A stretch of 45,030 nucleotides of DNA from an uncultured Alphaproteobacteria bacterium. Its GTDB lineage: Bacteria; Pseudomonadota; Alphaproteobacteria; Methylaequorales; Methylaequoraceae. The stretch lies in assembly GCA_964473045.1 (NCBI GenBank), contig CAYYMX010000002.1, positions 1 to 45,030 on the forward strand, read 5' to 3'. The translations under genes and the position numbers were made by a program. Positions 1 to 8,880 of this stretch are shown here, piece by piece. A model generated the notes under the pieces. It worked only from the letters and a program-made list of their open reading frames with translations. It did not search any database and had not been told where the DNA came from. Every line of letters starts with the position of its first letter. Positions within the stretch are counted from its first letter, which is position 1.

Positions 1-90
1 AAGTCTATAGAAGAATGAGACAATTGTGAAAGGTAGTAATACGTCAATCGGCTTTCATATACGTTTTTAAAACTTAGGATTAAGAAAACT

Positions 91-180
91 GGAGAGGTGG
101 CCGAGTGGCTGAAGGCGCACGCTTGGAAAGCGTGTAAACAGGTAACTGTTTCGAGGGTTCGAATCCCTCTCTCACCGCCA
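91..180 (+). tRNA. tRNA-Ser, anticodon GGA (class II, long variable arm), CCA encoded
   Basis: Cloverleaf readable by eye. Acceptor is GGAGAGG with one A-A mismatch. D-arm is GCCGAGTGGCTGAAGGC. Anticodon stem is CACGC/GCGTG with loop TT-GGA-AA. Variable arm is AACAG-GTAA-CTGTT. T-arm is GAGGG-TTCGAAT-CCCTC, followed by G-CCA. Confidence 0.85.
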
Positions 181-274
181 TAAAAGTTTTTTTACAGTCA
201 AATTTTAATATTTTACATTAAAAATCAAAAATTAAAGAAAAATGCCATTGAAATTTAATTAACTATTAGTTAGT

Positions 275-298
275 ATGTATATACACTTAAGTATACAT
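275..298 (+). promoter_or_regulatory. Candidate operator: inverted repeat ATGTATA-N10-TATACAT, containing palindromes GTATATAC and GTATAC, immediately upstream of the MarR-family gene
   Basis: The inverted repeat was read directly from the sequence and ends 2 nt before the ATG at 301. MarR regulators commonly autoregulate through palindromes in their own leader. AT-rich palindromes are frequent in this genome, so support is weak. Confidence 0.25.
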
Positions 299-300
299 CA

Positions 301-708
301 ATGACAGCAGAAACCACTTTCAAATACAGACAGCTAATGAGTTGTAAATGTTTCAGAATGAGAAAAGCAGCCAGATTGATAACTCAGTTTTATGATAAAA
401 AACTTAGGCCTTCAGGAATCAAGATTACCCAATTCTCCATTCTTTCCAGCTTAGCTTCTGGTAAAACTATGTCTGTAAGTGAATTATCGGATGAATTATT
501 TATTGATAGAACCACATTAACGAGAAGTCTTGATAGACTCAATAAACTAGAACTCATTGAAAAAGTAAAAAGTCATGATGCAAGGCATAGACTCGTAAGA
601 TTGACCGAAAAGGGTTATGAAACCTTAGATCATGCAATTCCACTTTGGACAGAAGCTGAAGAAGAAATTTTTTCTGAAAGTAAAAAATATAAATTTGCAG
701 TAATTTAG
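301..708 (+). CDS. MarR family transcriptional regulator
   Basis: 135-aa ORF. The winged-helix core ITQFSILSSLASGKTMSVSELSDELFIDRTTLTRSLDRLNKLELIEK...RLVRLTEKG is typical of the MarR family. Confidence 0.8.
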   Translation: MTAETTFKYRQLMSCKCFRMRKAARLITQFYDKKLRPSGIKITQFSILSSLASGKTMSVSELSDELFIDRTTLTRSLDRLNKLELIEKVKSHDARHRLVRLTEKGYETLDHAIPLWTEAEEEIFSESKKYKFAVI

Positions 709-715
709 TTTAACT

Positions 716-1768
716 TTATTTTTTAATAGATTTCATATCTATAACAAACCTATATTTAACATCTGAACCTTGCATCCTTTTAAAAGCTTCATTAATTTCT
801 TGAATATTTATTATTTCTGTATCACAAACAATATTATGCTTTGAACAATAATCCAACATTTCTTGAGTTTCTTTTATTCCTCCAATAAGAGATCCAGCTA
901 CTGATTTTCTCCCAAAAATTAAACTTCTCATATTAACTTTTTCAAATTTTTCAATTGCACCCACAATAACCATTGTGCTATCAATTTTTAGCAAGTCTAA
1001 AAATGGGCTCAGATCATGGGCTCTAGGAATTGTATTTAATAAAAAATTAAAAGTATTTTTGTGATTTTCCATCAATCTTTTATTTGTCGAAATTATTACA
1101 TCACTTGCTCCTAATTTTTTGGCATCATCTACTTTATCTTTAGAAGAAGTAATTACTAAAACATTTGCCCCCATAGACTTGGCAAATTTAACTCCTATGT
1201 GCCCAAGACCTCCAAGACCTATTACACCAATTTTTTGCCCTTTTTTTATACTCCACTTTTTTAGTGGTGAATAAGTTGTTATCCCTGCACAGAGTAGAGG
1301 CGCAACAGATTTTATGTCTAAATTTTCGGGGACTTTAAGTATAAACCTTTTATCAACAACAATTCTTTCTGAATATCCTCCGAATGTTCTTCCTCCAAGA
1401 ATTTTGTCCGGAGCGTTGTAAGTAAATGTTGCACCAGTTTCACAATATGGTTCTAAATCTTTTTTACAGGAAAAGCATGACTGACAAGAATTCACTAGAA
1501 CACCAACACCAACTAAATCATTGATCTTAACATTTTTTACTTTGTTTCCCTTTTTAATGACCTTACCAACTATTTCATGGCCAGGTACTAATGGATAAAC
1601 AGAAATTCCCCAATCATTTCTCAAATAATGTATGTCTGTATGACAAACACCACAAAACAAAATATCTATTAAAACATCATTTTCTCCAACGTCTCTTCTT
1701 GAGATTTTATAAGGACCAAGATTATCATTAGAGGATTTAGCTGCGTATGCTTTTATATTTTTATACAT
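716..1768 (-). CDS. Zinc-dependent NAD(P) alcohol dehydrogenase (MDR family, YahK/cinnamyl-alcohol-dehydrogenase-like)
   Basis: 350-aa ORF. It has the catalytic-Zn motif GVCHTDIH, the structural-Zn Cys loop CQSCFSCKKDLEPYC, and the Rossmann motif GVIGLGGLGH. Confidence 0.85.
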   Translation of the reverse strand: MYKNIKAYAAKSSNDNLGPYKISRRDVGENDVLIDILFCGVCHTDIHYLRNDWGISVYPLVPGHEIVGKVIKKGNKVKNVKINDLVGVGVLVNSCQSCFSCKKDLEPYCETGATFTYNAPDKILGGRTFGGYSERIVVDKRFILKVPENLDIKSVAPLLCAGITTYSPLKKWSIKKGQKIGVIGLGGLGHIGVKFAKSMGANVLVITSSKDKVDDAKKLGASDVIISTNKRLMENHKNTFNFLLNTIPRAHDLSPFLDLLKIDSTMVIVGAIEKFEKVNMRSLIFGRKSVAGSLIGGIKETQEMLDYCSKHNIVCDTEIINIQEINEAFKRMQGSDVKYRFVIDMKSIKK

Positions 1769-1799
1769 AAAAAAAATTTTAATCTCTATGATTCAAGTT

Positions 1800-3302
1800 T
1801 TAAGTACCACAAAAAGTTTTTTTAACAAGCTCATCTGTGCGTGGTGGAGCTGAAAAAAAGCTTTCTATCTTAAGATCTCTATAGGGAGATCTTAAGATAG
1901 AAAGAAATTTTCTCATAAATGAAAAATCATTTCCATGAACCGCTTCTTTTATAGCTCTTTCAATCAAATGATTTCTAGGTATGTAAATAGGGTTGTTAGC
2001 TTTCATAAAATCAGAAACTTCGTCTAATGATTTTTTCTCATCATAAATTCTTTTCTTCCAAGTCATCAGCCAATTTTTTCCATTCCTTTTATTTTTGAAT
2101 TCTTTTAAAAATTCATCATCAAATTTTTCATCACTAGTTTTCGATGACAATTTTCTAAATGTTGAAGTAAAATCAAGCTCTTCCATTTGAAGCAATTCTA
2201 AAAAAGATTTAAAAATTTCAAAATCTTTTTTATTTTTTGTAAATAACCCAAACTTTTTTCTCATTCCTTCAATCCAAAAATCTTCAAATATTTTTGGAAA
2301 CTGTAATAAAATTTCAGTTATTTTTTTTTTAGCTCTTTCTAGATTTTTGTCAATTAAAGGCAATATACTTTCAGCAAGTTTAGCTAAATTCCACATTACA
2401 ATTTGTCCTTGGTTTTTATAAGAGTATCTTCCAAACGTATCAATAAAACTAAATACAGTTGAAGGATTATAGAAATCCATAAAAGCGCATGGTCCATAAT
2501 CAATAGTTTCTCCAGAAACTAAAGTATTATCTGTATTCATTACTCCGTGAATAAATCCAACATTCATCCAACTTGATACTAATTTTGCTTGCAAAATCAT
2601 TACTGAATAAAAAAAAGATAAATACAAATCCTTATTTTTTTTTATTTTTTTAAAATGTCTATTTATTGAGTAATCAATTAATTTTTTTAATGATTTGTAA
2701 TTTTTACTATATGAAAAGTATTCAAAAGTTCCAACCCTGACATGACTTGATGCAACTCTTGTTAGTATACCACTAGGTAAAAATGTTTCTCTCTTAACAA
2801 ACTCGCCAGTAGAAACCATTGCAAGTGATCTTGTGGTTGGAATATTTAAATGAAAAATAGCTTCACTCATTAAAAACTCTCTGATAACTGGTCCTAATGG
2901 TGCTCTTCCATCGCCTTGTCTAGAAAACCTTGTTAGGCCTGAACCTTTTAATTGAATGTCATATTTTTTTTTATCTTTACCTATAACCTCACCAATTAAA
3001 ATAGCACGGCCATCTCCAAGTTGGGGTACAAAGTCACCAAATTGATGACCTGCATAAGCCAGTGCTATAGGATCTGATCCATCAGGAATCAAATTACCTG
3101 AAAAAACTAGTTTTCCTAAATCACCTTTAAGTTTTCCCGTATCAAGATTCAAAAAGTCAGATAAATCTTCATTAAATTCTAATAAATTTGGCTCTTTAAC
3201 TGGGACTGGATTAATCCTTTGAAAAAAATCATTTGAAAGTTTTACGTATGAATTTTTAAAATTAAATACATTTTTTGAGTTATTTTTTTTATAATTTGTC
3301 AA
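1800..3302 (-). CDS. selO: Protein adenylyltransferase SelO (YdiU/UPF0061 family)
   Basis: 500-aa ORF with family hallmarks AYAGHQFG, QLGDGRAILIGE, KGSGLTRFSRQGDGRA and HGVMNTDN. Confidence 0.85.
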   Translation of the reverse strand: MTNYKKNNSKNVFNFKNSYVKLSNDFFQRINPVPVKEPNLLEFNEDLSDFLNLDTGKLKGDLGKLVFSGNLIPDGSDPIALAYAGHQFGDFVPQLGDGRAILIGEVIGKDKKKYDIQLKGSGLTRFSRQGDGRAPLGPVIREFLMSEAIFHLNIPTTRSLAMVSTGEFVKRETFLPSGILTRVASSHVRVGTFEYFSYSKNYKSLKKLIDYSINRHFKKIKKNKDLYLSFFYSVMILQAKLVSSWMNVGFIHGVMNTDNTLVSGETIDYGPCAFMDFYNPSTVFSFIDTFGRYSYKNQGQIVMWNLAKLAESILPLIDKNLERAKKKITEILLQFPKIFEDFWIEGMRKKFGLFTKNKKDFEIFKSFLELLQMEELDFTSTFRKLSSKTSDEKFDDEFLKEFKNKRNGKNWLMTWKKRIYDEKKSLDEVSDFMKANNPIYIPRNHLIERAIKEAVHGNDFSFMRKFLSILRSPYRDLKIESFFSAPPRTDELVKKTFCGT

Positions 3303-3303
3303 T

Positions 3304-3978
3304 TTATCTTCCTACAATGCTCAAAGTTAAGCCAATAATGAATCCAAACACACCCCCCCAAACTACTAACCAACCTAAATGTTTGTGAATCATATCTTTT
3401 ATGATCGTTTGCACATGCTCAGGAGTTAATTCATTTAATCTACTATCAACAATCGACTCTATACTTTCACTTATATCTGATGATAATTTACTTGCTGAAT
3501 CTGAAATATTTGCAGAAAGTTCCTCAAAAACCTCATTTATCTTTTTTTGAACTGGCTCTTTCAAGGGGTTCAAAGCCTTTCTTCCACCAAACATTTGCAA
3601 CATAGAACCTAGCGATGATTCTTCAATTGCATCAGATAATTTATCAAAGATTTGTTCGTGATTAATTTTTTCTAGGGAAAGTTTTTTTTTATAATCTTTT
3701 TTTTTAACAAAATCTGCAACAGACGAATCCGTAAAGAGTTCTTCCATAACTAACTTTTTAATTCCTTTTTTAAAATCCTCAAACCTTTCTAATATAACTC
3801 CAGAACCATAAAAAAATGGTACCTTCTCAAAAAGCATGTGAATAGCAATCCAATTAGTTAAAGCACCTGAAAGAGCAAAAAAGCCTGACATAATTATTTC
3901 GTTTGAATATATAGGTGAATTGAAGCCATATATTATGAAACTTAATGCAATTAAATTTGTAACAAAGCTTTTATTCAT
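3304..3978 (-). CDS. DUF445-like membrane protein (tentative)
   Basis: 224-aa ORF with N- and C-terminal transmembrane segments. The stretch LTNWIAIHMLFEKVPF...GVI resembles the DUF445 family. The stop lies 1 nt from the selO start, so the two are probably in one operon. Confidence 0.45.
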   Translation of the reverse strand: MNKSFVTNLIALSFIIYGFNSPIYSNEIIMSGFFALSGALTNWIAIHMLFEKVPFFYGSGVILERFEDFKKGIKKLVMEELFTDSSVADFVKKKDYKKKLSLEKINHEQIFDKLSDAIEESSLGSMLQMFGGRKALNPLKEPVQKKINEVFEELSANISDSASKLSSDISESIESIVDSRLNELTPEHVQTIIKDMIHKHLGWLVVWGGVFGFIIGLTLSIVGR

Positions 3979-4177
3979 TTCAAAAAATTTTTAATTTTAT
4001 TTTTCTTAATTAAATTTCATAGTATAATATAATAAATTGAGTTTACTACTTACTCTTTTACTACTGGTCTTTATTTAAGTGTTTTTACGCAAAAAACTAC
4101 AAGTTTCCGGTTTATAAGATAAGAATTGAACTTGTGATTAAATTTTGATAACACTATAATAAATATGAAAGGTAAAA

Positions 4178-4381
4178 ATGAGTAACGGCACTGTAAAATG
4201 GTTTAATGCTAAAAAAGGATATGGTTTCATTGAACCAGAGGATGGCGGTAAAGATATTTTTGTACACGTTAGTGCTCTCGAACAAGCAGGTATAAAAAAC
4301 TTAGACGATGGTCAGAAAGTAAGTTACACCGTTGAAAATAAAGATGGAAAAACTTTTGCTGCTGATCTTAAAACCCTTTAG
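4178..4381 (+). CDS. Cold-shock protein, CspA family (copy 1)
   Basis: 67-aa ORF with RNP1 KGYGFI and RNP2 DIFVH motifs. It is preceded by a ~200-nt non-coding leader (3979-4177), as is usual for csp genes. Confidence 0.95.
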   Translation: MSNGTVKWFNAKKGYGFIEPEDGGKDIFVHVSALEQAGIKNLDDGQKVSYTVENKDGKTFAADLKTL

Positions 4382-4453
4382 TTTGACTTTTTTAAAACTT
4401 TTCTTATTATCATATTGATACAATAATCTAAAATAAACTATGAAAGGCAAAAT

Positions 4454-4657
4454 ATGAGTAATGGCACAGTAAAATGGTTTAATGCACAAAAAGGATATGG
4501 TTTCATTGAACCAGAAGATGGCGGCAAAGATATCTTTGTTCACATTAGTGCTCTCGAACAATCTGGTATAAAAAACTTAGACGATGGTCAGAAAGTAAGT
4601 TATTCCGTTGAAAATAAAGATGGGAAAACTTCTGCTACTGATCTTAAAACCCTATAG
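4454..4657 (+). CDS. Cold-shock protein, CspA family (copy 2)
   Basis: 67-aa ORF differing from copy 1 at 6 residues, with the same RNP1/RNP2 motifs. Confidence 0.95.
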   Translation: MSNGTVKWFNAQKGYGFIEPEDGGKDIFVHISALEQSGIKNLDDGQKVSYSVENKDGKTSATDLKTL

Positions 4658-5278
4658 TTTTACTTTAGTAAAACTTTTTTTATTATCATATTGATACAGT
4701 AACCCAGTCTCGATTGAAAAATACAGTCCATTGAGAGATAGCGTCTTTTCTTTTACTTTTTTTTTAATCCAAGGGTAACTCATCAAATTATTTAAGGAGT
4801 TTCTGATATTTTCTTTCTCAGCAACCCTTAAAAGCTTTTTTGATGACAGGCAAGTGTGTGTTATATTACATCTTATATCTTTAGCTTTTTCTAGCCATTG
4901 ATTTAAGTAGACTAAATTCTTATTATTAGGTTTCTTATAAATTAAGTTTTTAATCCCTGCGCAATTAGAATGACCTAGTACTACAATATTGTTAACTTTC
5001 ATAATTTTAACGGCAAATTCTATAGCTGACAGAGTTGAATCGATATCTTTCCCGCTTTTTAGACTAGGAACAATGTTAGCAACATTTCTGACGACCATAA
5101 TTTCGCCTAATTTCGCATTTGTTATTATTGCTGGGTCTACTCTTGAATCAACACAACTAATTAAAAGTATTTTTGGTGACTGTTCTTTTGAGAGTTTTTT
5201 GAATTTATCTGGACTTTTTAAGAAAATTTTTTTAAAAAAATTGTTATAACCATTAATAAGATATTTTATATCACTCAT
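4652..5278 (-). CDS. Beta-class carbonic anhydrase
   Basis: 208-aa ORF with zinc-ligand motifs SCVDSRV and GHSNCAG. Its stop codon overlaps the csp copy-2 stop inside the palindrome CTATAG. Confidence 0.85.
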   Translation of the reverse strand: MSDIKYLINGYNNFFKKIFLKSPDKFKKLSKEQSPKILLISCVDSRVDPAIITNAKLGEIMVVRNVANIVPSLKSGKDIDSTLSAIEFAVKIMKVNNIVVLGHSNCAGIKNLIYKKPNNKNLVYLNQWLEKAKDIRCNITHTCLSSKKLLRVAEKENIRNSLNNLMSYPWIKKKVKEKTLSLNGLYFSIETGLLYQYDNKKSFTKVKL

Positions 5279-5298
5279 AATTAATCTTTTATAATAAT

Positions 5299-5847
5299 AT
5301 GCAATTTTATCTACTTATTATATTTTTTTTAGTATTTGACAAGTTAGATGCAATGGATTTGTTAGATCACCAAAATAGAACTATCAATGTTTTTTCAGAA
5401 AAATGGGAATTTTTTTCAGATAAAGTTATGGGAGGTGTTTCTGAAGGTAGCTTAGCTGTAATTAATGAAAACAACCTAAACTTTTTGAGACTTAAAGGTC
5501 AAGTAAGCACTAAAAACAATGGAGGATTCATTCAATTTAGATCTAAAGTTGATATTGAGAGTAATAATTTAAAGAATATTAAATTTAAAATCAGAGGTCA
5601 ACCAAGTGAATATTTTGTTCATATAAGAACTGATTTTCTTTTTTTGCCCTGGCAATATTATGCCGGTGTTTTTAATGCCAATGACCAGTGGACTGAAGTG
5701 ATAATTCCTTTCCAAGATTTTAAAAAATCAAACTTTTATCAGCCTTCTAATTTTAGCTCTTCAGAAATAATTAGTATTGGTTTCGTTGCCTATGGAAAAA
5801 ATTTCAATGCACAGTTAGATTTGCTTGAACTCGAACTAACTGAATAA
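5299..5847 (+). CDS. CIA30 (complex I intermediate-associated protein 30)-like domain protein with N-terminal signal-like segment
   Basis: 182-aa ORF. The motifs FSDKVMGGVSEGS and NNGGFIQFRS match my recollection of the CIA30 domain. Confidence 0.6.
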   Translation: MQFYLLIIFFLVFDKLDAMDLLDHQNRTINVFSEKWEFFSDKVMGGVSEGSLAVINENNLNFLRLKGQVSTKNNGGFIQFRSKVDIESNNLKNIKFKIRGQPSEYFVHIRTDFLFLPWQYYAGVFNANDQWTEVIIPFQDFKKSNFYQPSNFSSSEIISIGFVAYGKNFNAQLDLLELELTE

Positions 5848-5859
5848 GAGTTTATATTT

Positions 5860-6312
5860 CTATTCTACGCATTTAATCGATTCTTTTGCTAGTTCCTTTG
5901 CATGTGCTGCTTCTCTACCAGTTAAATGAAAAAGTCCTGTAATTTTAGACATTAAAGCAGCTTCAAAATCATCAATTACACCATCAACAAGAATTATTTC
6001 CCACATTTGTTGAAAAATCCCAAGAATTTCTTCTCTTTCAAATTGATCTCTTATCGCTTTCGTCAAACTGTAAACTTCAACACTATTTTTAGAGTTTTCA
6101 ATTGACTGATTCAAAACAACTTTTACCTTATCATCATCGAGGAATAACTTTTCTCTTAAAATATTCTTAATCTTTTTCATTTCAATCCCGGAAATTTTAC
6201 CGTCGCTCCTTGCAGATTCAACAAGTATTGATGCAATCAAAATATTCTTTTCTTTTCCAGTTAAATCATTAAGTTCATCTTTTGATTTAAATTTAAAAAT
6301 ATTTAAAATCAT
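5860..6312 (-). CDS. TerB-family (COG4103-like) protein
   Basis: 150-aa ORF with a two-lobed helical pattern: ...ARSDGKISGIEMKKI... and ...ILVDGVIDDFEAALMSKI.... This resembles the TerB-like proteins common in alphaproteobacteria. Confidence 0.55.
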   Translation of the reverse strand: MILNIFKFKSKDELNDLTGKEKNILIASILVESARSDGKISGIEMKKIKNILREKLFLDDDKVKVVLNQSIENSKNSVEVYSLTKAIRDQFEREEILGIFQQMWEIILVDGVIDDFEAALMSKITGLFHLTGREAAHAKELAKESIKCVE

Positions 6313-6359
6313 TTTGTGATTTTGGAAAAATTTGATTATAATGTCAAATGATTAAGAAC

Positions 6360-6388
6360 TGATAATAAAAAATTTTATTATTTATAAT
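6360..6388 (+). promoter_or_regulatory. Candidate promoter of the TonB-dependent receptor gene (TGATAA-17 nt-TATAAT) with an embedded 9-2-9 palindrome ATAATAAAA-AA-TTTTATTAT that is loosely Fur-box-like
   Basis: Read directly. The palindrome at 6362-6381 begins with a GATAAT hexamer and fills the spacer between the -35-like and -10-like hexamers. By hand it matches about 13 of 19 positions of GATAATGATAATCATTATC. The AT-rich background makes chance matches likely. Confidence 0.25.
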
Positions 6389-6402
6389 ATCTATAATTCA
6401 TA

Positions 6403-8862
6403 TTGAAAATAATGTTAAATTTTATAACTCTTTATATGAATATAGCTGTTTTCTTTGTTATAGTTTTAAATTTTGCAAAAGTCTTATCGCAGGATGAAGT
6501 TTTCGTGTCCCCCGATGTTAATATAATTTCCGTTACACCAGTTCAGGGTGCAGGCATAAGTTTAGAGAGGGTGCCTTCAAACATCCAAACTGTATCAGAG
6601 GAAGACCTAGCTGAAAAAAAAAACTTATCAATAACAGACACTTTAAATAAAAAAGCAGCCGGCATATCCATTTCAAATTTAAACAGCTCTCCAATGCAAA
6701 GTGATATAAACTTCAGAGGTTATGTTGCTGGACCTTTACTTGGAACGGCTCAGGCTTTAGCAATTTACCAGAATGGCATGAGGGTTAATGAATCTTTTGG
6801 TGAAATTGTTCAGTGGGATTTAGTTCCTGACTTTGCCATACAAAATATGCAAGTATTCCCTGGGGGTGACCCAGTGTTTGGCCAGAATGCAATAGGTGGG
6901 GCTATTTCTATTCAAATGAAAAATGGCTTTGATTTTAACAGTGCTAATAGTCAAATTTCTGGTGGGAGTCACTCGAGAACTAATGAAATTTTGGAATATG
7001 GTCATAGTTTTGATAATTATGCAGTTTATGTGGGTGGAAATTTTAATTACGACAAAGGTTATAGACATCACTCTGAATCATATTTGCAAACATTTTATTC
7101 TGATATCAGATATAGAAATGATGACACAGAACTTTTCGCTAACATTGGTCAAGCCTTTACAGATTTAAATGGAAATGGGGCAGCACCTTTAACTCTTCTT
7201 GATATGGAAGGTAGAGATGCTGTTTATACACATCCAGACAACACAAAGAATAAAAACTATTACATTAACGTTGGTGGCAATCATTTTGTAAACGATGAAA
7301 TATCACTACAAGGAAATATCTATTATCGTCACATGGAACGAAGAAACTATAATGGTGATGAATTTGAAGGAAAGGATTGTGGAGACCGTTTTGATGGAAC
7401 AGGTACACCAGATAATACGTTATGTGGAGAATTCGAAACTAACACTGATGGCGTGGAAATATTAGACATTTCTGGTAGAGAAATAAATTATGCTTCTCTT
7501 GGTCTTGAAAAAGATGATGACGAAGATAATGAGGTTGATGATATTGGTGCAATCAATAGGTCTAATACTAAAACTAATGCCTTTGGATTTAATCTTCAAT
7601 CCACGCACGATTCGTTTTTTAAAGAAATGAATAATACATTGATCGCTGGTTTGAATTACGATTTTTCTCATAATAGTTTTGGCTCTTCAACTGAGTTAGC
7701 TCAGCTTACGGATAATAGAGGTGTTCAAGGAACTGGAGTTCTTCTAAGTACAGATGAAGAAGGAGAGCAACAATTTGTTACTAATATTGAAGCTACAGGC
7801 CACAATGTTGGTTTGTACGGATCAAATACCCTAGATATAAATGATACAAGCTCATTGAATATTTCAGCTAGATGGAACTGGTCATCATTAAAAATTGAGG
7901 ATCAACATGGAACAGCCCTTGAAGGTCATCACTTTTTTTGGAGATTCAATCCAAGCATTGGTTTAACAAAAAGATATGGAAATACAACAGCATTCATATC
8001 ATATAAAGAGTCAAGTAGAACTCCATCTATAGCAGAACTAGCATGTGCTGACCCTGATTCACCTTGTAGACTTCCAAATTCTTTTCAGGCTGACCCACCT
8101 CTAGACCAAGTGGTAAATAGAAACTTTGAAATTGGTGCAAGAGGAACATACACTGAGGACCTATTAAAAATGCAGCACAAAGTCGGATGGACTATAAATG
8201 CATTTGCAGGAAGAAACTATAATGACATAATTTTTATTGGAGGCAATAGAGTAGGAACCGGTTATTTTAGGAATGTTGGTAATACTCAAAGGTTAGGAAC
8301 AGAGTTCGCGTTAAATGGTAAATTAGGAAAAAAATGGAATTGGTTTGCTAAGTATGCATATGTAAGGGCTACATTTGAAACCAATCAAAAAATATCAAGT
8401 GTTGGACATGCAGAAAACGCACTAAATGAAGATGATTCTGTTGAAGAAGCTGAAATAAAAGAATCCTATCAGATAACTGTTGGACCTGGAGATGCAATCC
8501 CTGGAATTTCTCCACATATTGGAAGGTTTGGTATTGGTTATAATCCACTCAAAAATTGGGATATAAGCGTGGATGTTGAAGCAAATTCTGATCAATTTTT
8601 CAGAGGAGACGAAAATAACGCTCACGGACTGAAAGTACCTGGATACTTCATATTCAACCTTAGCACTGAATATAACGTAGAGAACGTACAACACGGTGAT
8701 CAAGTAACATTTTTCCTACAAGCATTAAATATCCTTGATGAGAACTATGAAACGGGAGGGATTTTAGCAGAAAATGAAGTTGATGGTACAGGAGGAAGTG
8801 GTGTTTTTGTAGCTCCTGGTCAACCATTTACAATTTTTGGAGGATTAAAATGGGTTTTCTAG
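6403..8862 (+). CDS. TonB-dependent outer-membrane receptor, substrate unknown
   Basis: 819-aa ORF. It has a signal peptide, a TonB-box-like DEVFVS, a plug domain (...NFRGY...ALAIYQNGMRVNE...) and a long beta-barrel ending in the aromatic terminal residue ...GGLKWVF. The start is uncertain: TTG at 6403, ATG at 6412 or ATG at 6436. Confidence 0.85.
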   Translation: MKIMLNFITLYMNIAVFFVIVLNFAKVLSQDEVFVSPDVNIISVTPVQGAGISLERVPSNIQTVSEEDLAEKKNLSITDTLNKKAAGISISNLNSSPMQSDINFRGYVAGPLLGTAQALAIYQNGMRVNESFGEIVQWDLVPDFAIQNMQVFPGGDPVFGQNAIGGAISIQMKNGFDFNSANSQISGGSHSRTNEILEYGHSFDNYAVYVGGNFNYDKGYRHHSESYLQTFYSDIRYRNDDTELFANIGQAFTDLNGNGAAPLTLLDMEGRDAVYTHPDNTKNKNYYINVGGNHFVNDEISLQGNIYYRHMERRNYNGDEFEGKDCGDRFDGTGTPDNTLCGEFETNTDGVEILDISGREINYASLGLEKDDDEDNEVDDIGAINRSNTKTNAFGFNLQSTHDSFFKEMNNTLIAGLNYDFSHNSFGSSTELAQLTDNRGVQGTGVLLSTDEEGEQQFVTNIEATGHNVGLYGSNTLDINDTSSLNISARWNWSSLKIEDQHGTALEGHHFFWRFNPSIGLTKRYGNTTAFISYKESSRTPSIAELACADPDSPCRLPNSFQADPPLDQVVNRNFEIGARGTYTEDLLKMQHKVGWTINAFAGRNYNDIIFIGGNRVGTGYFRNVGNTQRLGTEFALNGKLGKKWNWFAKYAYVRATFETNQKISSVGHAENALNEDDSVEEAEIKESYQITVGPGDAIPGISPHIGRFGIGYNPLKNWDISVDVEANSDQFFRGDENNAHGLKVPGYFIFNLSTEYNVENVQHGDQVTFFLQALNILDENYETGGILAENEVDGTGGSGVFVAPGQPFTIFGGLKWVF

Positions 8863-8880
8863 TTTCGTAGATTGAAGCTT

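Larger units (their letters stand above)
4158..4702 (+). repeat. Tandem direct duplication of two ~270-bp units (about 4158-4427 and 4433-4702); each unit is a short leader, a csp gene and 45 nt downstream
   Basis: Hand alignment. The two ATGs are 276 nt apart. The 204-nt csp ORFs differ at about 17 positions. The leader TATGAAAGG and the 45 nt after each stop codon (ending TTATTATCATATTGATACA-TAA) are also repeated. Confidence 0.85.

Noticed and set aside
4301-4561. 86-aa minus-strand ORF spanning the two csp copies
   Set aside because: It is antisense to both cold-shock genes. Its only meaningful part ([16 protein letters not shown]) is the duplicated relic of the carbonic anhydrase 3' end. 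It has no start context of its own and no recognisable fold.
4989-5249. 86-aa plus-strand ORF inside the carbonic anhydrase gene
   Set aside because: This is a shadow ORF antisense to a gene with clear catalytic motifs, and its sequence is low-complexity and hydrophobic.
6820-8703. Four 69-93-aa ORFs (6820-7071, 6923-7168, 7462-7671, 8422-8703) nested in the TonB-dependent receptor gene
   Set aside because: They are alternative-frame or antisense ORFs inside an 819-aa gene with a coherent domain structure. They are Ile/Phe/Asn-rich, as expected from AT-rich off-frames.
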